A stretch of 64,000 nt of DNA from Bugula neritina (taxonomy: Eukaryota; Animalia; Bryozoa), in NCBI GenBank assembly GCA_964035545.1, contig OZ037767.1, forward strand, positions 26,614,628 to 26,678,627. The letters are read 5' to 3'. Positions 8,966 through 23,200 of the stretch are shown here, one piece after another. The position numbers were made by a program, and so were the translations under genes. Below the pieces are notes generated by a model, which worked only from the letters and a program-made list of their open reading frames with translations, did no database searches and was not told where the DNA came from. Positions within the stretch are counted from its first letter, which is position 1; each line of letters starts with the position of its first letter.

Positions 8966-11900
8966 TTAAAACAGAAACAATAAACAGACAGCAGAACCTG
9001 CAAGCCATAGACTAGTGAATGGGTGTGAGGCAATGCTAGGGGTTGTTGGTATTGAGCTCTGAGGAGTGACAGAGCTGCCTTTCACAGTGGCAGCATTGCA
9101 GTAGTCATTACTGGCCTCGGTGATCTCTGTAAAGTCAGCTGGGTTGACCGAATAATTGCTCTGTTGCTAAAAAATAAAAGCGTTGAAACTTTGAGCTGAT
9201 GATGTAAAGTTGAAATACATGCGCATTAAAGAATACATAGGAAATCCAGTCTAAATTACAAAAAATTCCTTATCTTTGAAACAACCCAGGTTCTCACAGA
9301 GATTGCTTCTATAACAAACAGCAATATTCTATGCTATAACTTAAACTCAAATTGATTAAAATATAAATATGATCAGTATTTTGAATATAGAAGTAAGAAG
9401 TCACTTTGATATATTCCAAAGTGAAAAAATGTTTCGCTTGCATGACTGTCTTTAATCTAAGTTTAACATACATGATATATGATTCATTATCGGAATTAGT
9501 TTCATTTATGCAAACAATATTGGTGTGTTAGATTATGATGATGTTATATGATAAATTCATTCGCTACTTCAGCTTACTCTGAAACAAATCATCTAAACAT
9601 TAATTTATATAATAAATAAAAACTTGCTTACATAATATTCTAAAGCAGGGTCTAAAAAGCAGTAGACATTTGGCCAACTTTCCAATACACTCTCCTGTGC
9701 CAGTGAAACTTTCTCTGCTGTCCAGTCAGATATGTTATTTAGCAGCTTTGGATAGTTGTAGAATGAAATCTCTGATCCATTGTATACAGGAATTTTAGCA
9801 CTGAAATGTTGTAACATGTGTATAAATCTATAATTATATACACACACACACGCACACACGCACTCGCACGCACTCACACACACACAAACACACATACGCA
9901 CGTGCGTGCGTGAGTATGATATAGACATGGATCTACGGGCCTAGTCTTCGTAAGTTTGTGTTTCTGCATAAAGTGATGAAATAATGGTTGTGATTTATCA
10001 AACATAATATAATTGTAAATTTAAAAAAGTCAGATTTCAACAGTCTATACCTGTCAACATCTAGAGAGAGTCTAGTATACAGACTATCATTATTATTATC
10101 TACAAATCCTGGCAAAGAGCCGCATGTGGATATCTTCTGCTTAGGATAGTACATGAGAAAGGTGAGACACATCTCCTGGAGGGTACCTTCCCCGCCCTGA
10201 ATATACAAATTGAAATGGAAAATTGAAACTAGTTTATTTATTGTTTCTTTTCAATTAGTAGCTACATCAATAAATGTTGCAGTTAGCAAATTTAAAAAAA
10301 TATAATAGACGATCTTAAAATGTCTAAATATTTCCATGTTTTATATTTTTATATTTGTTATTAAAGTTAAAATTTGCTCCTTTAAATTTTGTATGTACAA
10401 GTGAAGTAAATATAAACTAACTTACATATGTCATCTGAAGTCTTTTTGTAGAGTCATATGTGCACGTAATTTTGAGAGAATCTCCCTAAAACAATAACCT
10501 TGATATATGTCTAAAGAGCTACTGAAGAAAGATGGTGAAATAGAAATAGATGCAAAGCTTAAAAATTATGATAAAAAAACTAAAATAACAAAACTAAAAA
10601 GTATGCAATGACATAGTTTTGGTTAAAAAATCCTTACTGGTAGCAACTTTTTGTATGGAACAAATGAGCGTTGTTCTTGGTAGTTAAAGTCGTAGTTTTT
10701 GTCTTGAGCAAATATTTCCAGCGGTTTGTTATCTCTGTATAGTTCGAGCTTTATGGCTACCCCAAGGAGATGAGCATGGAGGAGATAACCAAATACCGTT
10801 ACACCACCTTCTGGTATCCACTGAAAAAAAAACATGCTTTTCCTGATCTTAATATTTCTAGTCCTAGAAATATTAAGATTTATAGAAGTTAGTGCTAGAT
10901 GCTGGACACCATGCATTGAGTACAGGACATGAGTATCAAGTAGCAGGTACAGAGTACTCGACACTCAACACTAAGTGCAACTTGGTACTGGGTACTCAAT
11001 ACCATAAGTACTGGTACTCAATACTAAGTACTGGACACTCAATACTCCATACTAAGTATTAGGTACTAAGTACTGGAACACACTTGCAGGTTGAAACTTG
11101 CAATTAATTGAATGTCTTCTCCTAAGCACAGAATTATATCTATTCAAAATAATATTAAACAAAATAGAACAACTAACCAATTAATTAAATACAATCATTT
11201 TTTGATTGAAATGTTTATTATACGAAGTGTTGACAGAGTTATTAAAAACTGCATTAACCGCTCTTGTATAGGTATCATAATCTTGCAATGTGACTGACCT
11301 GCTGAGTGCAGCTGCTATGACAATAAGCAACTACTTTGAACTCATTGGCTTGAGGAGGTACAAATATTCCCTCTACTATACCAATTGCCATGTTTCCAGC
11401 CTCGTATTGTCTCAGCTGAGATGTGTAGGTGAATCTCATACCAGAGGAATCTCGTATACCTGAGTCGAATTATAGTAAATGGTGCTAATGACTTTGAGAG
11501 TGAAATACAAGAGCTAAGGCTAAGTTGCTGCTTCTAAATTCTAAATGAATCTAATCACTAAGAAATACCAGTCTGGTTGTTGCTGAATTTCCACTTGATT
11601 ACCTCATTTAATTATTTTGTAAATTAAATTATTTAATCACTCTTAGTGGTCTGACATAGCCTTAGTAGAAGTGTGAACCCCTCACTTCTGCACCACAGCT
11701 ACATTGAGCACAATTTCAAGGTACACAGGTTATAGCCTGTGAGTTTAAAACCTCACTCCCCCCCCCCACTCTTTCATTTATCAGGGTAAGATTAATGGTA
11801 TATTAGAGTTGCATCATTATATTATAAGAAACTTCTAGAATCTAGACCAACAGTCTCGAACTTTTACCTGCTTTGGACAACTGATTATCGTAATGTGTTT

Positions 11901-14900
11901 CCATAAGAAAGTACTGCGGAGAATCTCCATCTCCAAATCCAAAACCAGTTTCTTCTGGGAAGTAATATTTCTGAAATGGCAATCCAAGCATAATACTATA
12001 AGCTTACAATTGTGTAAGTATGTAACTATTACTTATATGTATTGTGTAATCAGCTAGTGTGTTTTAAAGAATTCTTGTCTCGTAGATAAAGTAACAGATC
12101 AATTTTAAGAAATTTTGCCTTCTTGATAACAAACACAATCTTCATTGACCCTCAAATATCTTGTTTAATTATTGAAATTTCTCTTTAATGTAAACAAACA
12201 AACATAAACACAATTCATAGTTTCTGGAGGTGTTACATAAGCAAGCTACTTACTGTAAATAGAGTTTTATATTTTGTTTTCCCTTATTAGAAGTGTTTAA
12301 CAACCAAACCAAAAAGCTGAACTTACAGTTCCACCAACAGCCCAAGCAAAGATAATTTGTCTGCAAGAGTTCCAATATTCTGGCATTTCAGCTGTTCTGC
12401 AGATGCCCTCAGTTAGAGTGATGTTCTGCAGATGTTTCTGAGAGATGTTATAGCAGGCGTAGACAATAATGTGATGAACAAACCCTTCATTCCCTGGCTG
12501 CACCACTGGCTCTATCTACATTTTTTAGAGATATCATTTATATTGACTTGTGTTCAACCAATAACAGTGTTTTAGTGGCGCATATTGATATAGGAGCTTT
12601 CAGTAACAGCCTACCAGCTCCTATGTACCCGATTGTGTCACCTGGAGTTATCCTACTAGCTAGTAGAGCTACACGCTGAAAACCATTGAATTAAAAATCA
12701 ATCCTGAAGACTGCTGCCTATCTATATAAACCCTGAATAACCTCATTAGTCATTATATGATCTCGTATAACAACTTAGCACTCTGGTGAGTACTGAGTAG
12801 TAAATTTTGTACGATAATACATCAGATAGCACAGAATAAAATTACAGCTAAGAATCTGATTTCATCTATTTGAAACAGCACGCCTATAGTAGGCCTATAT
12901 TAATGATAATTTGTAAGTGTTTATGCTCTGTCGAATTTGGGAGGCCATTTTGTTTTAAATAAAGTTGTAAAACAAACTTGCTAAAGGCCAAGGTACAAAC
13001 TATGAACTGTTGTATGAAAATGCAGCCTTGAAAATCAGTATTAAGGGTTGTCTTTTCTTGGTTGCTTCGAGTACTGAATTATTAATCAGAGACAACAAAA
13101 CCTACTGAGCATACAACTCCAAATGTAGCTTTATAAAAGCATTGTAGCAGCTTTGGTAACCACATAAGTTTTTGCTCTGATGAGTGAAGGTGAGGTTCAA
13201 AAGTTGTCCTTGACATTGCTGATCATACATAAAATTCATCCAAGACTAGTATGAAATGATATGCTAAACTAAATGAAATGTCGTCATGTTTTTAAAATTA
13301 CTTATCATAAAAAGATATATATGAAGTAATGCCCAAAGTTGTATAAGATATTTTAATTTAATCAATTGGCAGGTAGATAAGCCATCATAAGTTTATCTTA
13401 AATCCATACACAAGCTGGATTTTAGATAAGATAACTTTCATTGCATCAGCATGAACAATAAGTTATTGATAATGATATAACGATTATATGTCATTGTTAG
13501 CCAACCGCTCATTTCTATCTTAAAATTAAGTAAACAAAGCAAAAGCTTATAGATCATTTAAACCAAGTTTAAACATTATACAAGAAGCTACTCACTGCTA
13601 TGATTTGGCTTCTAGAAGCTACTTTTGGTGCTTCGTAGAATGAGCAATAGTAGGTAGTATCTGTGGCTGGAAGTTCAATCTGCAGTAGAAAGAGTAATAT
13701 TGCAGACATTCAGCAGAATTTGAAATAGACATTGTTTAAAAAACAGGAATTTAATTTTTAACTAATTACAAATATAATAGTCCAGAGCTAAGACTTACAA
13801 ATTCTCTTAAACAAACAGCAGAAACAAAATGGTAAAAACTATATACAATAAATGATTGGAACTTGTGGAGTTAATATGCACTGTATTAATACTGGATACT
13901 ACTAAAAATTGTACGGGAGATAGCTAGAGAGCTAATATTAGAGTGTAAAGCTAAAATTGCACAATAGCTGATCATATCAATATTGGTGCTACCAAATAAC
14001 CAGGATAGTTGGGAGACGGAAAGTTGAAAAAATGGACTATAGATTTTTCACAGTAGAGACTGGGTTTTGCTGAGTAACTAGTTCCACAAGTGAGCATGTA
14101 GATAATTTTCAATGAAACTTACTAACTTGTTGACACGAGTAAAGGAGGTAGCTTACAGCTATTTACTACTGAAGCAGATGCTCTAAATTGAAAATGTATA
14201 GTGAAATCTACTTAGCATACGTTGTCCACAGTGAGGTCAAATGTGAGAGTATCGTCTGGCAGTGTGTTTGGAGAGTTTTGAGCGTCAAGCAAATATATGC
14301 TCTTTACTCCTCTATGGCTTGAGCTATGCATATTTTTAAACTCAAGCTTATCTCCTGTAGGATCACTGGTTCCATAAGCATATATAAGTTTTGTGGTTGA
14401 TGTCTGAAACACAAAGAAATCAATATTTTTCACATAGAAGAAATAGAATACAATTCATTATCATGATAACTTAGTATATGAATACAATAGTTAATATACT
14501 TGCTCACCAATATAACATTGTCAAATTCTTTGTCACATGTATCTATTTTTCTTTTAAACGAGAAGCTAGAAATGCCATCATTTTGATTGGATGATATTAA
14601 AGTGTAGTCTTGAGATGCATCTTCTTTAGGTAGAGAGTTGGCTAATGCGTGCATGTCCTACAACCAAAATATGTACGTAATATATGTAAGAGATTAAAAC
14701 CTGTAAATCTAGCAAAGTTTGAAGCCAAGCACATTCTTTTTGAGAGCTGGCAGCTGTTCTACAAAATGAAAATGGAAAAAGCATACAATTGCTTAAACAG
14801 ATTTTTATAATATTTTTACAAGACAATTCCCTGTTGAAAAGTTTTTGCTACTGTTTGATATGTGTATACAAAAATTAAAAAACGTAGTAAAAGTTACTAA

Positions 14901-15870
14901 AATAGTAATAATATTTTTGCTTACAATATTTTATATGGAAAGAAGCACACATAATTACCTCAATTTTATAAAAATCACATTGCTTACTGGTATAATGGAG
15001 TGCAATTGTGAATGATAAAATGAATATGTTTAAAGTATGAAGAAATAACACACCTTGATGTGAGCTTTATTATTGGCATCCACCCACATCACAACAATAT
15101 CTGCTCCTGCCATACTTCCACTAGGGGAGAACCCCAGACCCACCCATCCTGTAGTTTGACAGGAAACCTACAAATGCAAATGATGATATGTAGTTCAAAG
15201 GTGTTTACTGCCGTTCAGCAACTAAACATGACACTCTGTTTATAGCAATAAAAGCTGGATAAAAATAAAATATAACAATTGTTTTCAAAGTTTAATAACA
15301 CTAGCATGGCATATAGCATAGCATGTCATTCTATAAAGTATAGAATGACATAAGTCTACAGCTGAAAAATACTGTTTATAAAACAAATTCACTTTTCTTT
15401 TCTCCAAAAATGACACGAACTTGTTAAAAACAAATTCTTATATTTTCTTCATTGAATTGTTAAACAATAAAAATAAACTATTATAGTTCTTCTAGCTATG
15501 TTTATACTTCATACTTTTTATATAATTACAATTCAACAATTAATTTATTCAATATGAATATCCTATATGCCTATTCCTAAATATACCTATATATTATTTA
15601 TATTATTATAATACTTACAGTGAAATATACCTAATTATAGCATTGTACTTGCAGTGAATATACATACTTATAGTATTATACTTACAGTGAATATACCTAT
15701 TTATAGCAGTATATACTTACAGTGAAGGTTATGTCATCAGATGGAGCAGTACCTTCGTGTGACCAAGATACATTGTACTTTTCTTCTGGGTCTAATGTAA
15801 TGGTGAAATCAGCAGCATGTATATGATAAATTAGAAATAAGAAAACGCACACTCGATATATGAGAGACAT
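8966..15870 (-). CDS. MOXD1: DBH-like monooxygenase (DOMON + copper type II ascorbate-dependent monooxygenase), 13 exons: 15721-15870, 15054-15167, 14508-14657, 14221-14403, 13596-13679, 12327-12515, 11868-11970, 11299-11459, 10638-10820, 10426-10485, 10051-10196, 9632-9800, 8966-9166
   Basis: Signal peptide; DOMON GWVGLGFSPSGSMAGADIVV; TDTTYYC; Cu ligands FVHHII, METHYDN, LLHAHLLG, QEMC; AWAVGG; hydrophobic C-terminal tail as in MOXD1. All junctions GT-AG and in phase. Confidence 0.9.
9840..9911. repeat. Imperfect (CA)n microsatellite in MOXD1 intron 11
   Basis: cacacacacacgcacacacgcactcgcacg... seen directly. Confidence 0.9.
10915..11080. repeat. Degenerate minisatellite (AAGTACTGG-TACTCAATACT-like) in MOXD1 intron 8
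   Basis: Repeated gtactgg / actcaatac / ctaagt units. Confidence 0.75.
15611..15727 (-). repeat. About 34-bp tandem repeat (3+ copies) containing the MOXD1 exon-1 donor junction
   Basis: tacttacagtgaa at ~15612, 15679 and 15715, and tacttgcagtgaa at 15646. Confidence 0.8.
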
Positions 15871-17271
15871 TTCAATTACTGCTTGCAGCAACTATGCCCC
15901 ACCGTGAGAAAGTGAAGATAGCTTTATTGACCTTGTGAAATTATACGTCAACAGATAACATTAGCTTAGTTTGGAATATTTCATCACATGACCTATAATT
16001 GTAGATAAAGTTCTACATATTGACCAGGTCATGTGCTATGAGATACTTTATTTACACAATATTTGCGTGGCAAAGCTGTTTAAGTGAGTGAAGCTGTTAT
16101 GTATTATAACTAATTCTACCTTGTTACCCGGTGCTTCACAGGCACAGTAAGCTGCTAGTGTGATTTAATTATGTTCCTGGTAGACTTGCTTTATATACCT
16201 CAAACAGAGGTGTTGATGATTTAGCAGAGCTGTATTACATGGATGTTTTTGAGCTGAGTATTTCATACATGCCTCATTAGTATTATAACTACTTTCTGCG
16301 AGTGCTAAGAAGTGCCCTAACACTAAGTGACTAATCTAACACTTAACAATTTTGGTTCTACATATAGTTTCCAAGTTTTTAAATGAAGTATACAGCTAAA
16401 GTGAAAAAAATGTATGAGGTTGTTGCACCTTCTATGTTGGCCGGCGCAAAAATCTTGTTTTAAGACTTTTGTAAAAGCAACCCCAGCATATGAAATATAT
16501 CCATTGGCTGCCAAGACTATTCTATTTCCTCACCACATGATTAGTACAAGAAACTTTTAAAGAACTTAGTTTTGCGAAGAAACTGTTCTGAGCATTATTA
16601 CTTCCTATGAAATTGAATCTAGAGAAAAGAGTGGCAAAATATCTAACAGTTCCTTACCATAAAAAGCCTTCACGGGTAGACATCACAGCAAAACTATCTA
16701 GCCTTTATGAGTTTGGTTATCAGGATAAGTTCGTGGATAGCCAATGAATTATATATTATAAACACCTTTTCGTATATTCGTGCCGGGCAGTTGAAGATGG
16801 AGAACTGTTCAAAAATATCTTAGAAACACACTCGAATTTTCTAAATGGACTTCTACAAGAAAGAGGCATTGTGCCAAGTTAAAAAATGAATGTACTTACA
16901 CTATACTCTATAGCGTTTTCTCCATACAACTTACACAAAATATTTTGATCCAATTGATTTACAATAAAAGAGTTGTCTGCCTAATATTATTGCAATAGCT
17001 CTCCAATATTGACATGAAACAATTTACAAAACTCTTTTGTAAATAGACATTTATAAAAAAAAACATTTAAAATTTTTTATTATGCTATAAAATAATTTTG
17101 TATTAGACTATATTTGTTAATTTGATGAAAACTTCGTGCGCGAAATATTCTGACTAATAACCTTTTGTAGGTCAAGTTTATCAGCCATATTCCATTGATT
17201 ACAATTGCAAGTACATTTTTAAACAAAAAACCCTTGGGATTTAAAATCAATTTTGCATTTTGGCAGTTGCT

Positions 17272-20200
17272 ATGGGATCCGAGGAAGTAGAAACTAAAAT
17301 AATATATCATATTGGAGATGAAGATACGCCATATTTAATTAAATTGTCAATACCACCTGATATTGTGACATTAAAAGATTTCAAAGATGCCTTGCAAAAG
17401 CCAAATCACAAATATTTCTTTCGATCTATGGATGCGGACTTTGGGTATGTATATACTAAGATAATTTATTCACAAACACTAGAGTAGATTGAAGGATTTT
17501 ATGATGAATTAAATCAACTGAAACTTGAACTCTGAGTCTCGGTTTTTATTATCAGTATTACTATGACATTAGGTACTATCAGTATCACTATGAATATGAA
17601 AGTGAATAGCAATTTTCATATTCATATTGATATTCATATTGAATTTGATAATCTTTCACCTTATGTTTGACTTTGACTATCAGTATCAGTACCATTATGG
17701 TTCAGTTCAGTTTCGCTATGACTATGACTATGTTTTTGGTGATTACTATAATTCATAATTGAGGGCCTGCAAGACTTGGACACCCAGTGCTTTCATTATG
17801 ATAATGATTATTACTTATTTGCTGACTTGAAGTAAACATCAATTTAATATTTGTACTGATTCAATGTGAGTTACTCACAAACTTGATCTATGCTTTACTT
17901 TAAAATTGTGTCAGTTTTGTCATTGACCCATTGTCAGTGAGTCTTGGTTCCAATTTTTGTTCGGATAACAAAGATAATGATGGCTTAATCAGAGACCAGA
18001 GTAGAGCAATGTTTAAATTTTCAACTAATAGCTGCTGTAAATTATATATTATTTATTATATAGTTTGAGTTTTCTTTTCTACTGCATTTAAGCAAATTGG
18101 AGTTTAAAATGAATTGAAATGGAATAATTCAAGCTAGTTTATAGTTGTAATCCTTGTCTGTACCAGGTAAGTATTTTTCCTAGGACTAGAGACTTCTTTT
18201 GCTTTAAGTCATGCCGTCAACATTGTTCAAGGGCTTGAGACTAGCTCAGGGTCCGGCACCAACCCAATACAAGCAGTATTGTGGTTTACTGTATCAACTT
18301 ATATATTGAACCATAAAACAAGTAGTGACTAACTTATAGCCTCCATTGACTAATGCAGCAGATGCTGCTTCAGTTAGTCTGCTGTTTAGTAGAATATAAC
18401 TGGCCAATCAAGAATTGAAAGTTAATAATTCATAAAAGTCCAAGTAGTTGCCACTTGTGTTGTTCTCAGTCATATGAACGGCTACTTTTTATTGATTGAT
18501 TTTGTAGCGAAGTGGCTAACTTTCTTGAAACAAAAAGAACCTTATACTCATGTCATTCTGTAAGAAAAAAGGAAACTCATATAACAAAACTACAGAATAC
18601 AATTTATTTTTCATAGCATAACAAGTACCTAAAACACCGACGTTATATTTTGTCAGTTTTCAAAATTCAAATAAATATGATATTAATCATTACCACTTCC
18701 ATGTTCACTATTAAGAGAAAACAATTATCTTAATAAACGCTGGTGGAACCATGAGGAGAAAGTTAGAATCATGATAAATATTCAATTTGTAGTTGTTGCT
18801 GTTTTTAATTGGACCTATATGTTGTTTTATCTGTACCAAATTATGATGTTCTATATGTTGCAATTTATTCGAAGCTCTTTCATTATTTTGTATTTCTTTA
18901 CAGTGTTGTAAAAGAAGAGCTGATGGATGACAATGCTAAGTTACCTAATTTCAATGGACGAGTCGTTTCATGGGTAAATAATTGACAATTTCTAAGCAGT
19001 TGGTAGTTTCTATCGTGAAAGGAAAATTTTCAATTATAAAAATGTCAAAACGTTTATTGTCTTTCCTTACTTTTTAATTAATTTTCCTAGCTACTAGCAG
19101 CCGATTCCTCTGATACTCAGTCACAGATTGGCTCAGAAGACATCAAGCTACCGGATGGTAAGCGAGGGTCATCTGATCACGACAGAAAAACAACCACAGA
19201 CGTCCAACGAAATTCTATACCAAAGCAGTAAGTGGTTCTATTTCAGAAACAACCCCCTGTTTAAACCTTCTAAGTGTAATCATACCACATGCCACACCCG
19301 TGTGTATTGTAAACCATCAGGCAAAATAATTGGGTATGTTATTTGAGTTTAGTTGTCTTGTTAGCATTGAAACTTATCCATATTAAAGTTGCTGTTGGGT
19401 TCATCTTTGTTCAGCATCTCCATCTTGGCATGTTGAAGGGTTTACATCATCCTATATGTATCCTGTACTGTAGCTGCAACTCTGCGGGAATTGTTTATAT
19501 CTGTGATCTGTTGTATACCTTAACTCAGGGTGTGTATTATATTGGCAAAGTGTGAGGTAAACAGATAAACATGGCAGTATAGATAGTAGAGCAGAGTGTA
19601 TGAGCCTTTCTATTAGCACAAGGTGGTCTGCTGTTTAATTGCTCATCAAAGCATTATTGCTTTTCTGTAGAACAAATTTTGTATTCTCAGAAATGTAGGG
19701 AATAATTTTGAAAAAGTATGTGTGGTGAAATTAATGCGAATAAAATAAGTAAAGAGTTTGAGTACTGGGGGTGGGATTTGTATTCAGTAGCGTTTGAACC
19801 TGAAAGTTGTCTACAGTTTCCTATTTCCCCTCAATAGCAGGACTATCAACTTTCAACAAAGCAGTAGGTCCAGTTTACAGTCAGATTTGTGCTTTGTACT
19901 GAGTTCATATTTTTGATTGAATAGCAATTCAGGTCCCTACCCAGTGTAGGCCTTAACCCTTGCAGTTCATGCGTGTTATGCTAATAACTAATTAGTAGTG
20001 GTGTGTGTTTTATAGGTGTGATTGAGTACAGCATTGTGTTTCCTTTGATATTAAGTATTATTATGAATGGTTTGGTGAATTTGGTTACACACTGTACTGA
20101 GCTTGTTACTGGTAATAATATATTGCCACTGTACTGCCTGCAAACTTAGTTCAACATGTGTAATGGAGACACCTAATGCTACTGTAGCTGAAGTTGTTCT

Positions 20201-23200
20201 AGTGGGTTGCTCTGGTTTCACTTAGTCATGTACGCAGCTCTCTGATTGGCTGATGTTGTGAGTCAGCCTGTACTATTGGGAAATATTACAGCTGACAAGC
20301 GCTTGTCACATCATGCCATATGGTATTGCTGCATCTGTCTTTGGCAGGGATAAATAGTTTGGTTTCTCAGGTTTCAAATTCTTCTGGTGAACTCCTGGGT
20401 TCTGAATTGTGGACTTTATTTTCAGCTAGCTCGGTAGCTGGTAAGATATCATTCGGTGTAGTGCTGCTACTTTCACTGGTGTCTCGTATCTGGTGTGTAT
20501 GTATTATGCTAGTCAGTAATTTGGCAAAGTACATATACTTTCATGTATTAAGGTTCAGCCTGTTGCTAGATTTGACATTTCTCCTGCTGTGAAATATAAA
20601 CACAAACCAATTATTATGACTATGTCTGGCACAGGAAAATTAGAATATCCCACAATAGGTTGTTGAAGTTGCTAGGAAGGACAAACGCCAAATCGTCAGC
20701 ACCAGTTTTGAATCTGTCAACTAGAAAAGTTAGAATTTACTGAAATAGGAGAAAAAATCAATAATGAAAAGTTATTCCTATTTGAATTAGTTAAGAAGGC
20801 TTTAGTGTGGTTTGATATGGTTGTATAGTTGTCAAAGCTGGCTGTGGCAGGTTTGAATATGCAAGATGCCAGTGTATGTGTTCAACTACTTAGTGTTTAT
20901 CCTGCCGTAATAGGATGTATTCTCAGATTACCCTCTTCAACTCTGCCAGTGTGTGTGTGTGTTAGGAGACACTCTGTAATACAGCTAGTAACACTAGATG
21001 TCCAACTAAACCTACTACTTAATGACACCCTCACTACACCCTTACTAGACTTACAGCTTAGCAGTTGCATTACTGTGGGAGGAATATTACAATTCACAGG
21101 GGCTGATTATGTCATGAAATGTTTTTTTACAGTTTTAGTGTTTTTAACCAAAGCATAATGATTTTTTATTCAATATGAATGTTTATTTAGTGAGGGTGTG
21201 CTTGTCAGCAGTGAGAGTATAACTCCAGTTTGCCAGTGAACTACATTTTATAACTGATATCAGTTACCACTTCTGTGTATTCTGTGTTATATAGTATGAA
21301 ACCAATCAGTCCGGAACCAGCTGACCTGGAAGAGGAAGCTCTGGATAGGTTCGACGAGAATTCTTGTATCAGTTCCCGGCCAGGTGAGTTTGTACCTCAG
21401 TTATCTGTGTGCCTGTGTGCCGTGAAGAGAAGTTGGTAGCTGCTTTTTGGATAATATTAACAGAAGTAGTTGTAGAATGCATAGAGTGATTTGGATTTGT
21501 CTTCTCACAAATCAGCTTACTACAAAAGAAGATAACTTCAAAATATTTTCAGTTGAAATATGTTTCTATACTGAAATTCACCAGAAGTTTAGTGCAGAGA
21601 TTGTCAATGTAAGACAGAAATCATCTGTAGCTGAGACATAGTGCACTCTTTCATAACTCTCATCTCTTGCTATTCTCCCTTTTACCAAACCTGGGTGTGA
21701 AGCAGGTTCTCAATAATGTATTTATTAGCAATGCAGTGCTGGTTGTTGGAAACCTGTTCCTTGAGGTATTGGTTTATTAAAATGTGCTCTAGAGCTCAGC
21801 AATAAGACACAGGAAAAACAATTACACTAGGATGTCATTTGTTATTTGCAACTCCTTGTAGTATAAAACAAGAATTATGCAGAGGCAAATGCTGTGTATA
21901 AATCAATCATACCAGATACCAGAATTGAAATATAACACAACTAGCTCGTCAGTGAATTTTTCCACTAAATTTATAATAAAGGATTTGTTGTGCAAGTACA
22001 GTTGCAGGACATTCGATTTCATAAAGCATAAATTTTCATAGCTCAATGTTTACTTAGTAAGAGTAATTCATGTTTTATTTTATTCAACTCTTTTTATACA
22101 GGAGCTTTTATTTAGTGGCAGCTGTTTTATTTAGCAAATAAAAACTTTTTGCATTGCAAGTTAGACTCCATTGAAAAATTAGCCTCCCCTCCACCTTTTT
22201 CTAAATGTCCTTCAACGCATAAATGTATAAATCACCAGTTTAAGGCTCTATTCGGTTAACTTTGACAGAGCTTGAGAATAGTGACCTCCATTAAAGATGA
22301 ATTCTAATACTTTGCTTTATATTTAGCCTCTTGGGTCATACTCTTCTCAGACTCACAATCTATACATTAGTTTATACATGAATATCTTTAAAATTCTTAA
22401 CAAAAAGTTTTGAAATAAAAAGCTAAAGCACATTAGCTTCTACAAAAGTGAATCTAGTAGTATTTAGCCTGGCTCTTCAAAATACACTGGAACAGATGAT
22501 CTGAGTATTGGAGTTGATGGCCAATAAAGTGTTGGCAAGGGAGTTGTAGTACCAAGTAGGAAGTATGCTCTTGTAGCTTGACAGAAGTGCAAGACAGCTC
22601 CGTCAGTGACCACATCTCACTTGCAGTTCGCTGAGGTCTTGTATTCTTTCTGCAAATACAGGATCCTTCTAGATTTGCCTTCTCTTGAGTTGTGTAGAGA
22701 GGGCAGGCCACTGCTAGTTATGCAGATTAGTGTGATCCTAGTTGTCTGAGCGCACAACTCTTAAACTATCAGATAATCTGTTAGAAAGAAAAGAATATAG
22801 TTGTTATTTTTTATTCTTTTGACCAATAAAATTTGTTTGTTGCAGTACACCTCTCAGAAAGGAGTGGGGTAAAGTAGAGGTTGCTCGTGCAACCAGTGTT
22901 ATTTTGTTTGAGTTGTGTAGTAGTCGGCTTTGTGAACACTGAGTTCAACCAGCTGTACACTGCTTCATTGATGCTGGAGGGAGATTTCATTGTTTTGAAT
23001 TTCGTATTGCTAAGCGTTTGTTATTCATTTGTTTGCAAGTGAGTGTGGAAGGCTGCTGTATTACTGAAGTATGCTGTGCTAGGTGCGTTTGATGCTTGTT
23101 CAAGTCTTCGCTCCTGGTCAAGAGACTTTTTAATATTGGACTTTTTGCTGACTTGAATGCTTGCTGCTTAGATTGAGATCTACTGGATAAAGTGAAAAGC

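Noticed and set aside
16120-16160. Helitron-like 3' end (GTGC..GCAC hairpin then CTAGT)
   Set aside because: Stem is only 4 bp, and no matching 5' end or second copy was found in the window.
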